64,000 nt of DNA from Camelus dromedarius. Lineage: Eukaryota. The stretch lies in contig NC_087436.1 in the NCBI RefSeq assembly GCF_036321535.1, positions 78,122,001 to 78,186,000 of the forward strand, written 5' to 3'. Shown one piece after another: positions 24,920-38,099 of the stretch. Below the pieces are notes generated by a model that worked only from the letters and a program-made list of their open reading frames with translations, had not been told where the DNA came from and did no database searches. The translations under genes and the position numbers were made by a program. How positions within the stretch are numbered: position 1 is the stretch's first letter; each line of letters opens with the position of its first letter.

Positions 24920-25318
24920 TGTGGTAAAGACTGCTAGTATTTACCCATATCTGTGTTCTCCTTTTCTGCCTGGCCATCATGCCTAGACTATATTTGTAAT
25001 CCACCTCATGCTAGGGTATTGTTGTGTGATTAAATTCTAGTCTACAAAATTAAGTGGTTGTAATGTGGACTCCTCCAGGATTGACCCACAAACAGCTCCA
25101 GTGCACAGTATTCACCCTCTTCCCATCACCAGCTGAAGGGACTTGAAGAAGGCCCTAGAAGAAGGTGGAGCCACAGACAGAAGGACCCCGAGTTTCTGAA
25201 TGGTTGAATGGAACATCTCCCCGTCCCTCCCGTCTGAATAAGAAACACATCTGTATTGTGTTAAGCTACTGCAGTGTGGGGGTTGTCTCATACAGCAGTA
25301 AGCCTGTCCCAACTAGTG
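24920..25318 (+). mobile_element. MaLR solo LTR (MLT1J-like)
   Basis: tgtggtaaagactgctagtatttacccatatc..ggccctagaagaaggtggagccacagacagaaggacccc..ttgtgttaagctactg. Confidence 0.8.
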
Positions 25319-27569
25319 AGTGTTACTATTACTATTCATAAAGTGAAACTTTTAGAGAAAGTAAGGGATGTGAGTTCAATTACATATATATTTATGCTTA
25401 TTTTATTTTATTTATATGCTTATTTAGAGTTTCATACTGATAAAAATAAGATACTTGGAGATATCAGTGGAATAATGTCTGTTCGTCTGGAAAATCAGGC
25501 ATGGTCCTGTCTGCATTGCTGCTCCAATCAAAATAAGCCCCGGTTGCTAGGGCAAGGAGAGGAGAGAAACTTCCCAGCCTGTTAAAACATTAATTTAACA
25601 TATGATGTGAGAAAGATAGTTTTTAGAAAAATTGTAATATATTGGAAATGCATCTTAAACACTGATTCATTTAACCAAACGTAAAAGAAATCTCGCTGTT
25701 CAGACCATAAGAGTCACAATTTAGAAGCAATTATTCCCTTGGTCATTGATCATGGGAGCACCACACATCAGTGGAAACACAGCAGCGTCTACTTCTAGCC
25801 TAGAATGTCCGAGCCAAGACAGTCACAGCAGACGTCTCTCTTTTAATCACACCGTCCCACCTTTCCTTGCACGAGAGAACGGAGAACTCAACACCACAAG
25901 GGGACAGGTCACTGCAGTAAACAGACCAAAGCTGACGGCGCTGACTCGGGCAGAGAGGAAGTCTGCAACATCGTGGCAGCACCACAAAGCACCCGGAGTT
26001 GTCATGGCCCTGATGCTGCGTGATGATCTCTCCCAGCTCTTCAGGGGACTGGGAGAGGGGAGCAATCAGTGATGGGTCCTCATCCCGGATCAGCCCTACT
26101 TCCTTTCTCATGTAAAAGTCACTTGCCGATGAATCTTCAAGAGCCAAAGGCCCGGGTCTGTGTTTATGGGAAAGAAAATCAATACTCTTGTCAATGAGTT
26201 TATTCTCTTGCCAGGGCTGGTGAACACGGGTGTTCCCAATTCTTCTCCCAGTTTCAGCGTCCCTTGCCTTTCCAACCCCCACACCACCGGTTTTCTTTGT
26301 CCCTATTAAATACAAAGAAAAAGAAGCTACTTCTTAAATTTCAGCTTCTATTATGTGAACATCTGTGAGCAAATAAACTGTGAATGTGGTTTCCATCTCT
26401 TTCTCTGCTTGGGACCCCATACTTCACTTCCAACCCGTTGAGGCCCAACGCACCTGGCAGAGATGAGTCAGTGCTCGGTGGGGCAGCTTTAAATCCATAA
26501 ATGATTCAAAGACAATAAACAAAACAAGGATTCCAACCCTTTTACTGAGAGAGGAGACTGTACTTAGGAGATTATCACCGTAGGCCACAATTTAGGAAAT
26601 CATTTTTCAGTCTCCAGAGATAATGCAAGGAGGAAGTAAATTTTTCCTTAGAACAATCCCTGTTATTTTATATTTTGAGTCCACATTAGTCATCATTAAT
26701 AGTGCTATAGGAACTTAAACAAAATGCCACACTGAAAATTCCAGCAGGCAGTGTAAATATAAACAGATAGAAAGTGTCAAACGAAATAGCATCTTTGTTC
26801 AAGAAGGTACATTCCAGATGACCTATATCACATGGATGTGTCGGGGGAACTAGTCTCCACAGGATGCTCCCGGGCCTTACTGAACAGAGGAGCAACAGGG
26901 GTACAGGCGACACCTTGGTCTGCTGGGTTCTCATCATCCTTCCTTTAAGATACATGCAGGGCTTTTCAGGCTGAACCAAAAAATAAGTCACCCTGAATGC
27001 TGGTTGAGTTGGTGAGACTCGCCCCCTTGTTCCTCAGGATGCTAAAACAGACCTGGAAAAGAGCCACAGGGCTTTGAATATGAGAGCACAAATAAGCGGC
27101 TTCCGTCGGTCAGCTCCCAGAGGGTGTGAGGCCGGTATCAGGGAGCAGCTTTAAGAGGGGTTAGATCCCAGTTCTCCACTACCATCTATTTTAAAGCTTC
27201 TTGTAAAAGCAGATACTTTATTTAAAGAGCTGGACTACTTTCCCAAATTCAGGAGTGAGAATCTCCTAATCCATTCTTATTTGTACTTAGAGCTTCCAAA
27301 GCCAGGCTGGCCATCCCAGGCTTGGAAAGATACAGGATTTAGCAGGAGGAGGTGGGCAGCAGAGTAGCCCTGGGACCCTTGAACACCATCTCTGCTCTCA
27401 GGCTGTGCTCTTATAGGAAGAGCTGCCTTTCTCTGGTTCCTTGTGGTTAGTATGTTCACAAATGTCACACTGCCCACTTGCATACACACAAACGTTACAA
27501 ACCACTGGTAGAATTTTTACACATAATTCCTATTGGGTAACGACTGTAAGAAAATGGTGATTGTTCATC

Positions 27570-28245
27570 TGTTCTTTCACGCATTCATTTCTTAAACACA
27601 CATACACACGGAGCACACTGACCCAAGCCAAGCACTACACTTTGTGCTGAAGATACATCCCTGAACAGATGAGAACCCTGTTCTCATGATGCCTGAATTC
27701 TAATAAGAGAAATAGAGAATGCAAAACGGGTCAATAAAGTCATTGCTGATTGTAATCTATGCTACAAAGAAATGAAACTGAATGCAGAAGACAGCAAGTA
27801 CCAGGGAAGACTTACTTCAGATGAAGCGCTCAGGGAAAGGGCTCTCTGACATTTAAGGTGACATTTAAGCATTTAAGACTGGAGGCATGAGAAGGAGCCA
27901 ACTATGCAAAAGCCAGGAGAACATTCCAGACAGAGACAAGAGCAGGCTCCAAGGCCCTGAGGCAGCAGAGCACGGAGCAAAGGCCGGCAGGCCTGGAGCA
28001 AGGCTGGAGAAGAGCCAGGACCTGCCGGGGAGGGGGTGGGGAGCCCCTGTCAGGCAAGCACATTGCATTTGAAGGCAGTGGGGAGACTGAAAAGTTTTAA
28101 GCGAGATAATGACACAATCTGATTTATGTTTTCAAAAGCTCTCTCTGGCTGCTGTGTGGAAAATGGATTGGACAGGGAAAAGGGGAAGGATGTTAGAGTA
28201 AGATGCAAAATAAGTTACAACATGGTCTGTGCAACCACAGAAGTC
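27570..28245 (-). mobile_element. L2 3' region
   Basis: cattccagacagagacaagagcaggctccaaggccctgaggca, gacacaatctgatttatgttttcaaaagctctctctggctgctgtgtggaaaatggattg. Confidence 0.88.
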
Positions 28246-30019
28246 ACTTCTGATGTGACTCAAAGGCAGGTGAGTGACTGACCACAGTGCAGTACGAAGA
28301 GTGGGGTGCGTGCACCACCCAAGGCACCGAGGAGGAAAGATTGGGTTTGATCCTGTCACCTAGCAAATTAAGCCATGCTAAAATAAAGCCAGATGGGTGT
28401 AGATGACATTACCTATTAAGATATCAAATTCATGCAAAAAGGAGTATGACTTGAAAACCACTGAGCATTTTATCAGGAACTAAAGACTCTATATGGAGGA
28501 ACAGGAGATTTGGCTAGAGATCCTCAACTCAGAAAAAGAAGCTGTTTCAGTTTATCAGGAAATCTTTGGTTTGGAACCGGTTCTCTTGTGACAAACTGTA
28601 GCATCATGTTTTTTTCTGGGTGTAGTAAATTTTCAACTGCACCCCTGTACCGGTGAGGAATATTGAAAACCAGCTTCCTGAGGACACAGGAGGATTTCCC
28701 CCTCAGATTTGTCAGGCTGAGGAGTTTAATGAAGATGACTAAAGTCTTTTTCTATCTTAAGGAGTCAAGAATGGGGTAGCTTCTCCCAGGGCCAAGTGAG
28801 CAATGAGGATCCGCATGGGATGAGAGCAGAGTTGGGAGGTGAGAGAGGGGGCTGCAGCTGAACTGGGAGAAAGGTACAAAATGAGAAATCAAGAAGAAGG
28901 AATGCCTACTTTCGTCCCTTCCCCCTCAGCGCTAAAGCAAGAAGACTGACTCCTCCAGGTGTGGCAAAATGGCCTGGCAGCAAAGCAGAGGAAGGAGCGG
29001 GCTGACACCAAGGTGGCAGGATAAGGTTGTCCCTTCCTTCATTCCCCATCTTTACCACCTGGGGCCGGACCCATGGTGACAAGTAGGAGTGGACGCAATG
29101 TGGGAAGCCCCATTCTGGGCACCACAGCCTGGGTATAAAGCCATTTCGGCTACTGCCTCATTGGAGAGTCTTGGGTTAGCAAGTTCTCTGACCTTCAGTT
29201 TCCACATCATCAAGGGAAGACAGCCCTCCTTCTTAGGATAGTTTTGAAGATCAAACAGGAGGTGAACTGACTCTACATCTACTCTCCTTTATCTTCCTCA
29301 CCCTACTTGAGAATCTGCACTGGTCTCTAGTGCCCAGAAACTGATGCTCACAACAGGAAAAAGAACCATGGCTGGAAAAGGAAAGGTTGTATGTGCTGCC
29401 TGCTGTGCGGACAGCGGGTACATAGAGGGGAGAAGCAGATTTAAGTTAGATGCTCCTAAGTCAAAGATTGCTCACTGTGCTCAAAAACCACAAAGATATG
29501 CCCCAAACTCTCCAATCATTGTTCTGAAATTAGCAACTGTCATTTCAGGTCCCCCCCCAAGCAATTTCTGTGACTTAGATATCTTACCTCTGATAAAAGA
29601 TGGTCAGATATTCATACCTATGCAGATTTCCGTTCACCTTGCAGTGACATTTAAAAAATTCCTACGAATAGTTTTTCTAATGTGCATTAACATAGTCCTA
29701 CTTTAAGAACTCTCTTCTTATAAGTTCATTTGATTAGCCAGCACTCTCTTCATTTTCATCATGCCAGTGTCTGCAGTAATTTACAAAGAAACACAGTACA
29801 TGACTGGAATCCTGTTCGCTGGAGGAAAATTTCCACCTATAGTACAACTAAGCACGTATCTTTCAGAGGTTCCCAGGGACCTCCAGGTATTTCCATGGCT
29901 CTTTAGCCTTAGTTCTCCCCAGATGCATTATCCTCAATTAACTGTTCAATCTCACGGAAGTCAGGTTCCAACCTGGGACCAGCCCAGCAAAATGCTTATT
30001 CCCTTTTCTCTGTTAGCAA

Positions 30020-30256
30020 TGCAGCCTAGTGCCGTGGTTAGAGGTTGGAGCCTCTGGACTGTAGAATTCTGAGTCTTGGTGCCACCATTTACAAAGGACC
30101 CTGAGCAGGTTACTAGCGCTGTAAAATGAAGACAATATCACCATCTTCTTCATATGAATTGTGACGAATTAAAAAAAAATTGATTAATACATGTAAAATG
30201 TTCAGAACAATGTCCTGGCGCAAAATAGCTCCCAATAAATGCTTGCTATTACTATT
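30020..30256 (+). mobile_element. MIR, near full length
   Basis: gtggttagaggttggagcctctgga..ctgtaaaatgaagacaata..caataaatgcttgctatt. Confidence 0.85.
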
Positions 30257-30449
30257 CGACAATAAAGTGAAAAGTTTTGCGTGCTCTCTGAAATCTGGAC
30301 AGCTGCACGAAGCCCAAGAAAACACTGCCGTGGTCCCCTGCCTTCCCTCGACCCGAAATCTCAAATAATAAATGATGCTTATTTTGAATGCCTGGTTCAA
30401 AATAAAATGTAAATGTTCTTTTGTAAGTCTCCCAGACAAGTATCTGAGC

Positions 30450-31400
30450 GATGTGTGTTTTGGACAGTCAGGACAGCCTGCCCTGGGGCTCTCACCTTCG
30501 CCCTCACGACAAGAGCCGGGAATGGCAAGCCAAGGTGTGCTGGGAGAGCTTCCTCCCTGAGTGACAGCTGGTGCTGTCAAAAGTCGTTACTGCTGGTGTG
30601 CACAGACCTTCTGGCAAAGCCGGGCAGAACAGAAGAACTGCGGTCTCCCTGCCCACCTGTCAGCCTTGTCCGGGAACAGCAGAGAAATTTGCTCTTTTCT
30701 TCCTTCAAAGACTCCAGAAGCCCCAGCGCCTTCATTAATGCCTGTCTTCAATCCCAGCCTGCCTCCCCACCCTCCCCCAACACACACTCTCCAACCTATT
30801 CTTCCAAGAAGGGGATTAGCCCAATTAATCTCTGGACAAATGTCAAGGAGTCTGGGGGAGGGGCGCCTTTCAAGTGCCGCATCCCCAAGCAGCAAATAGA
30901 ACCAGACGTGGGCTGATGCCGCACCGCACGCGGGGGAGGCGGAGCAGCTGCCAGCACAATGGCACGAGGCCCCCTTAATCTCAGGCTTAGCTGCCGAGGG
31001 GCTCACTTTCTCGCCAGCCTGTCCTGCCGGACCACAGCTCTCCTCCCACCATCTGGGATGTGGGGATGTGAGTTGTGGCAGGAAGGAGCTGCGAGATCAG
31101 AAGCCATTTGTGAGGCCAGCACCAATCTCCTCTCATCTCCCGAGTCCATCCCCGTCCTCGTCCCTATCAGCCCCACCCCCACCCTCAGGTAGGCCCTCAC
31201 CTCCAAAGGGAGGTTGGAAGATGAAAAGTCCTAAATTCAAAGTAAGGAAGCTGAGAAAGCACAAAAGCCAGTGTGAGAGAAGCTGGCCGGAGGAGGGGAG
31301 CGGAGCAAAAATCTCATGATATATACGTAGGTCATGATTATTTCCCCCTCAAACCACAGGTTCCATCCGCCCAAGCCACAGAATTGGGGCGTGGGGGGAA
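30450..31400. promoter_or_regulatory. Repeat-free GC/CpG-enriched segment; candidate enhancer or alternative promoter
   Basis: Local CpG cluster around 30860-31030; GC-box-like gggggaggcggag at 30932-30944; E-box cagctg. Function is inferred. Confidence 0.35.
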
Positions 31401-31553
31401 GTCCTGGGAGTGTCTTCTCTTTGCTCTAATTCCCAGAAAGACCTCAGGAATCCACCCAAGGAAGTTACTGTTCTTGTAAGAATTCTCTGGACTAGAGGTT
31501 TGCCAATCACCCTGTAAAATCATTCCACACTTTTAATTTATAAGGCATTCTCT

Positions 31554-31761
31554 TCGGTCTATTTATTCATGTATTTATAGTTGATTTACAATGCTGTGTT
31601 AGTTTCTGGTGTACAGCATAGTGATTCAATTATATATATATTCTTTTTCATATAGGTTATATAGCAAGTTATTGAATATAATTCCCTATGCTATACAGTG
31701 GGGCCTTGTTGTTTATTCTGAATATAGTGGTTTGTATCTGCTAATCCCAACTCCCAATTAT
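31554..31761 (-). mobile_element. 5'-truncated artiodactyl-type L1 3' end
   Basis: tatagttgatttacaatgctgtgttagtttctggtgtacagcatagtgattca..ttgaatataattccctatgctatacagt; TSD aggc(a/g)ttctct at 31543-31553 and 31762-31772. Confidence 0.9.
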
Positions 31762-32014
31762 AGGCGTTCTCTAGTAGAGAATTGTCCTCTCCTCTCTCCC
31801 TCCCTCTCCTTCTCCTTCTCTCCATCTGTAGCCAACAAAACCTGGCTTAACCAGCAGGCTATTAAACAGCACTTCCACATGCTACAGTCCAATGATTCAG
31901 TAATTAATTTTCATAATGATGATCTGGAAGGATTTCCAGAGCCCCCTGGAAGATCCGAGAATGATCTCTACCCTACTGGTTTTGCATATGCTTTGGGTGG
32001 AAGAGACAGTATAG

Positions 32015-32105
32015 GTGTCCAGTCCTAGTGGTGCCAATTACTAGCCATGTGACCTTGGGCAAGTTCCTTAACCTCTGCTTGTCACTGCTTCCTTGTGGGG
32101 ATACA
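32015..32105 (+). mobile_element. MIR core
   Basis: actagccatgtgaccttgggcaagttccttaacctct. Confidence 0.85.
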
Positions 32106-32361
32106 AAGTTAATAAGAAAGGTAACAGCTAACACCACTCTAGTTAGGGAATGTGTCCCGTAAACCACTGTGCCAAATGACTTACCTGAATTATCTTCTTT
32201 AACCCTCCCAACAACTGCTGAATCGATATTAAGTCTGTTTCAATATAGTCTAATTTATTCAACATCAGTGATACATATATGGCACCTATATTGACTATTA
32301 ACTATATCTGGTTAATATAAACATCTAGTTTCCTGTCAGATGGCAGAGCCAGGCTATTTAA

Positions 32362-32688
32362 GGGTTACAATTATTACCCAAAACTCTTCTGTTCAGATGT
32401 GCTTTTGAAATCGAATTTATTTTAGAAAGACAAGATGGCTCATATAACAAAGATAACACACTGGTTTGGGGCAACTTGTAATTGAACACATTAAAATTTC
32501 TGTAATAAAATGTATGAATATTCTCCCTAAAGAGGACAATAAAGACCTTTCACATCATCTCAAAACAGGTTTTGTTGCCAAAGTAGTTCAGGACAGGTAG
32601 TTTTGCTCCCAAGTAAGTTAGGAAAGCAAAAATAGACATGTTATTTTTGTTCGGATTTCAAAATTTCCGGAAAGGGATTGTGAACTTT
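32362..32688. mobile_element. TcMar-Tigger MITE (MamRep434-like)
   Basis: Ends ttcggatttcaaaatttccggaaagggattgtgaac; internal caggttttgttgccaaa / gttttgctcccaagtaagtta. Confidence 0.6.
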
Positions 32689-32694
32689 ACAACA

Positions 32695-32921
32695 CAAAAA
32701 CACTAGATAAAGAAGCAAAACTCTAGTCCTGGTTCTGACAGTAACTACTGTGTGCTCTTGGGCAAATCACCAAGCCTTCCCGGTTTCAGATTCTTCATCT
32801 ACAAATCGGGGGACTGCTACTACCTCCTAAGTTATGCAGAAGCTGTGAGGGTCCAGTGAGATAGGATTTGTCAAAGCATGTTGAGTAAGTGAAGTGTTTG
32901 GCAAATTCAAGCTGTTTATTA
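32695..32921 (+). mobile_element. MIR
   Basis: ctagtcctggttctgaca..tgtgctcttgggcaaatcac..ttcttcatctacaaatcggg. Confidence 0.8.
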
Positions 32922-34469
32922 CCTTTTAAAAAATTATTGTAAAGATTATTCTAGTTTTAACTACATACTACTGCTTCCTGTTTGAAAGACAAAGTGCTGC
33001 TTGCACAGGAAGAGTTCCCACTTAAATCTCCTTCTTATATGCATCATTGTTGTTCCTCCTTATACATCAATAAAGATCAGCACATGTGTAATGACTGCAC
33101 TACTGCAATATTTTTCCAACTTAATCTACAAGAATCACCTCCAGGAAATAATAACAAGCTGCTCTGTCAAGTCACTGTGGTCGCTGAACATCCTAAAGAC
33201 CTTCTGGGCTTTGAAGAAGCAAGCTGCCCAAAAGTCAGGTTGTTCCTGGCCTGATTACACAGCTTCTTAAAAATCTGCTTATGTCTTGCTTTCTGTGTGG
33301 TCTACGGTGAGGGCACTAGCCCGGAAGTCTGACCATCCAGCTGTTAGTCCCAGCCTGGCCGCTACCATTCCACGTGATCTAGGATAAGTCACAGCCCCTC
33401 TCTGACGTGCTCCAAGTCAGCTGAGCCTAGTTAGACTTCGGCGGGAGGAGAGGGCTCGCTGCTGCTATTCGGTGTCCCTCATCAGATTTTCTCACAGGTT
33501 CACACCCTCGTTGTCCCTGCGACACACCCTTGGCTGGCTGGCGCGGTCTTTGCACTGGTATCAATCACGTGCTGCAGATGTCCGCCCAGCTGGGACAGCT
33601 GAGTCCAATGCCGCCCACAGCCATCCCAGTGAGTCACATCTGCCTGCTTTCTCCTGGCCATGAACCTCCCCAGGATCCAGGGCACAGCCCGTGACCTGCT
33701 TTCCCCTTTACATCCCTTTATGCCCTTTCAGCTTGAGGAGTCTCCATGGCCGAGCGATTTGTCCCATTAGCTATGGTTCTAAGAAATTAACCGTGAATGT
33801 TCTCCAGTGTCCGTGGCAACCTTTCTGCCAGGGAGCAATTATAACCATAAGTGATCTTCTTTTGATGTTAACTTCGAGAAGCAGAGCCTCCCTGTCCTCT
33901 AGAATGCGGTGGGGCTGGTGTCTCATAACAAAGAAAATGTCCTAAATACTCCCTTCCATATAGAGGAAGGACGCACTGAATAACTGTCACTATATAATAA
34001 GGCTAGTAATTATTCTCAGTAACTGAAGGGAAGGCTTTAGTTTAAAATTCCAAGATCTATGGCACGTTTGAAAATGGTAGTGTAAACGTAACATAGAGGG
34101 GGAAAAAAAGCACCAGACTTAAAAATGGAACTTTATCCTCAAGGAAGCTGCAGTCTAATAGAGGAGACAGATACACAAAACAGATTATTATATTATATTA
34201 CTGTATTTTCCAAGTGAAATAATATGTAGGTGCTATTATAAAGATAGTCACAGGTTGCTATTCCTAAACACATTTTTCTTTCTCCCTCCCTCCCTCCCTC
34301 CTTACCTCCATGTCTGGAGCTCTTTATGTCCTGGAAGAAAGATTTGAGTGTTCAGAACTTGGACTGTGTGCCATCAGCCCAATGGCTAAAGAAGGAAGCA
34401 AGAGGTAGCTAAGTAGATCAGGTGGCCAGGAGCTAGGGGTAGACTGGGGCAAAAAATGTCCACACTAAA

Positions 34470-34840
34470 TCAGTTACTCCACAAGTATTCACTCTGTACT
34501 AGATGACGGTAAAGAGGAAGAAATAGTTCTTCCCTCAAGGAGTTAGCGATCTACTTGGAAAGACAAGATGGACACAAATGGAAAAATGAAAGGGTAATAA
34601 AATGCAAGATACGGTGAAGTATAAAATAACGGGAAATTTGCGCACTGTGACAGTTTAAAGGAAAGCCAATGACTGAGGAGGACGTTGGGCAGCAGGGGAC
34701 ATCCAGGCTCTGAGGATGGGAGGATCTGAATGGCGGTGAGGAGCGGGTCCTGCAGGTGAGAGGATCAGCAGCTAGGACAGGAAAGGCACAATCAGGCAGT
34801 GCATAGACCCTCCTGACTAGAGTGCTGGGGTGTGCAAGGT
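34470..34840 (-). mobile_element. L2 fragment
   Basis: agaaatagttcttccctcaaggagttagcgatctacttggaaagacaaga. Confidence 0.55.
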
Positions 34841-35279
34841 AGGAGAACCACCCTGCAAGGCTTACTTCTGATTCCTGGTGAGTCTGCAGTGGATAATTCC
34901 CTCACCCCTTGCCTGAGCCTGTACAAAATTCTCACCCAGAGATCTTTAGATCTTACCTAGAGATCTAAAAATACTGTCAAGCCCCTTGATTTTTAGTCCC
35001 TATCTGTGTGATGAGTAGCTGGAAGGCTCCCCATTTACATGACATTCATGGTCTCAGCACATGGTCAGCAATCCTGATGACTTCAGCATCTCCCAGATGC
35101 TTTTTTTCCCTGCCTCAGATGGAAATAGAGGTGTTGTAAGCCACTTGGCATGTTTCTCTGTTCTCATCAAAGAAGGATGGCTAGAAACCAGTTTCCAGTA
35201 GTAATCTGAAAGCTCCAGAATAGGATGCACTGTTCCTTGAGTTGGATATTATATGAAGGAAAAGACTGAGTCATGAAGA

Positions 35280-35610
35280 CTCTAAACCTCGGAATAATCC
35301 TCAAGTTTTTTCTCCTCCCTTACTTCCTACCGCAATCAATGATCAAATCTTACCAATTCTACCTCCACATAATCTCAGGTAGCCACCTGTAGCTTCCATT
35401 CTGAAGTCACTTAGTTCAAGTCTTCATTTTTTTTCTTAACTACTGCCTAGCATTATAATACATAGCATTTGCTATGTCTACAATCTGTGATTAGTATTAT
35501 AATAGTCTCCTCCATCCAGACCCTCTTCCCCATCTCTAAGTTCAACCAACACAATTTTACCTATTTTCCTAAACACATAGTCAAATCATTCACTGCTTTG
35601 ATGGCTTTGC
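35280..35610 (+). mobile_element. L2 fragment followed by (CA)n at ~35628-35668
   Basis: aaacctcggaataatcctcaag..caatcaatgatcaaatcttaccaattctacctcc. Confidence 0.65.
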
Positions 35611-36502
35611 ACTGAACCCCACCTCCCTACACACACACATACAAACACACACACGCACACACATATACTTGTTAACCAAGACTCCGTCCTTCTCCACTAC
35701 TTGGTCCCATTTATTTTTATTATTAACAGGAAAGGATTCAAATTTTATTTGACTTTTTAGAATGCCAATGTCTTCATAAAAAGAGTTTCTGTATGTAAAT
35801 CAGTGGTATCCAAACATTCCTTCAGTGTTTTTAGACCACAGACATTTTAGCCTATGATTTATTCCTTTGAAAAGAGTCTAAAAATTAAGCCTAAAATTAT
35901 GGTAAAGTCCAAAGTCTTTGATCTTATGTAGGACTTAACGATAATTTAAGAGTATTCCTCCCCTGACTCTGCATAAATTCAAGGTGAAGAATAAAGATCT
36001 CAATTTGCTATACAAATTGGAACAGAGGGCAACCATCACCTGGCCTGGAAGAGTGGCCCAAACTTGCTGGCTCTGTGGGTCTATGGAGGATTTCCCAGAG
36101 AACCAAGCTGTGTGTACATATAAATGAGCATCTGTGTACATATAAATGGGCATTTTTCTGATCTGCTGCATAAGGGTCTAATAATTCTGTCTCTGGAGAG
36201 ATGTAAGACATTGACCCTCAAACTCATCCTGCAGTAAGTCAACAATCCAACTGAACGAAAATGGGATTGTGGTCAAACTCTTGATACTGATGATCCAAGA
36301 AAAATAACCCCTATAAAGAAGGTTTCTCCTTTCTAGAAAGTCATGAAGGCACTATAATATAATAGTAGAAGAGGTATATATTAACTTAGGAGTGCAAGGT
36401 TAATTAGTAAATTTGTGATAATGGGCTTAATATTGGGACATGTGAACTGTATTTTTCTCAGTTTCCCCATATACTGAAAAAACAGGTATAATTCTACTGA
36501 AC

Positions 36503-36970
36503 TCTATCAGTTAGGGCCTAAATAAAACAAAACAAATCACTTTAATTATTTTTAATAGAGGTTATTTAACGCAGGGAACTGGTTATACAGGTGACAAAGA
36601 CTGTAAGCCAAAGAGCTGACAACAGGGTAATCCAGAAATGAATAAGAGCAGGAAGTTCTACCAACCCTTGGCTGTAGAGACCAAGGGAGGAGAGAATATT
36701 GTTGGAGCCTAGGGATGGATCCACCAAGTGGAAGCTAGAACCATGGTCTGTCAGACCCATGGGAGCTGGAGCCAAAGAGAAGATGCAGCCCAAGGCAGAG
36801 AGGGATGGGACAAAAATGACTTCTCTCACTACCCCACCCTCCACCTCCCCAGTGCCTCCCAGTGCCCAAACCCAGCCAGGAATCAGTGGACAGGAGAGGC
36901 TAGGAAACTCAGCTATAGCATTCAGGCCCCCTTCAATCCAGAGCAGAGCAGAGGACAGGTGACACAGGCT
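36503..36970 (-). mobile_element. Old ERV solo LTR (LTR78/LTR79/LTR33-like) inserted within a MIR
   Basis: atcagttagggcc..atttaacgcagggaactggtta..ccagtgcctcccagtgcccaaacccagccaggaa; MIR halves at ~36445-36500 and ~36975-37070. Confidence 0.6.
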
Positions 36971-37811
36971 TCAAGATTCCATATCATTTCTGTGAGGATT
37001 AAACGAGGCATCATATAAAAGCATCCATCACAAGGCCTCATACGTAGTGAGCTTTCAATGAAAGTTTGTTTGTTCCAATGTCCACATGGAGGACCTGATG
37101 ACTCACAATGTTACCAAATCTATAGGAACAAAGTAACGCTGTTTACTATTTTTATTTTTCAGAAATACCAAAAAAACTTCAGCAAAAATTATTACCACCT
37201 TCCAAAGGAGAAGCTGTAGATGGTATTTATGATTTTCCCAGGAGTGTCTCAGTGAAATTAACAACTTGTCTATTAGATTCTTACACTTCCAGCTCTTTTT
37301 TCCCCCAATGTGATCACTTCATGCAGAAACCAATAGCCAATTAAATCAGAACAAACAACTAGCTGATCTCCAAGGTCGCCTCTGGCTCAACCATTCTGAT
37401 TGCTCAGTGGCATCAGCTGATAAAGTGATGAAAGGATCTGAGGGAAGTTCTGCCCTTTGTTCAGTTCCGAGTATCACCCAAATCATCAACAAGAGTACAC
37501 TTTCTTTCAAAAATCTCAAAATACACATGGGGCAAGGTGGAAGGCATTTAATTCTCAAAAAAAAAAAAAAAAAAAAAGAAGAAGGCATTTAGTTCTCTCA
37601 GTTCTGAAAGAGCAATTTTCCAAGATGATTTACTTGAGAAATGCATTTTTCCGTATCACAAAGGGACATTTAAGAGGACTACAGTTTGTTTTAGGTTTTC
37701 TCTGTTTGTGACTTACATGTTCTGAATATTTAGCGTGGATTTCCTACTTATAAACTGACTAGGGGATATCTGGTGACTAAAGTTGCTCTCTACCATCCCC
37801 GTATCACGTAA

Positions 37812-38063
37812 GATAGTAATAGGTCTTATTTACGTGGTGCTTATTAGTGCCTGGCATTGTTCTAAACACTTTACATATGTAAACTCGTTTAGGTTTCCTA
37901 ACAAGTTTATCAGGTAGGTACTATTATATCCACCATTTTATAGATTTAAAAACTGAGGCAGAGAGGTTAAGTAACATGTGTTTGGACACAAAGCTTGTAG
38001 GTAGGAGAGCAACCCTCGTAGTCTGGCTCCAGAATAGATGCTCTTCTACATGGAACTATGCTG
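37812..38063 (-). mobile_element. MIR, full length
   Basis: gtgcctggcattgttctaaacactttacatatg..ccattttatagatttaaaaactgaggcagagaggttaagtaac. Confidence 0.9.
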
Positions 38064-38099
38064 AGGAGGAAAAGAAAGACATTTTAAGGAGGAAAATGA

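Noticed and set aside
25746..26315. 108 aa (+) and 171 aa (-) ORFs
   Set aside because: Non-ATG starts, no recognisable homology, no convincing splice boundaries.
30113..31319. Stack of 100-167 aa ORFs on both strands
   Set aside because: Expected from high GC content; none resembles a known protein.
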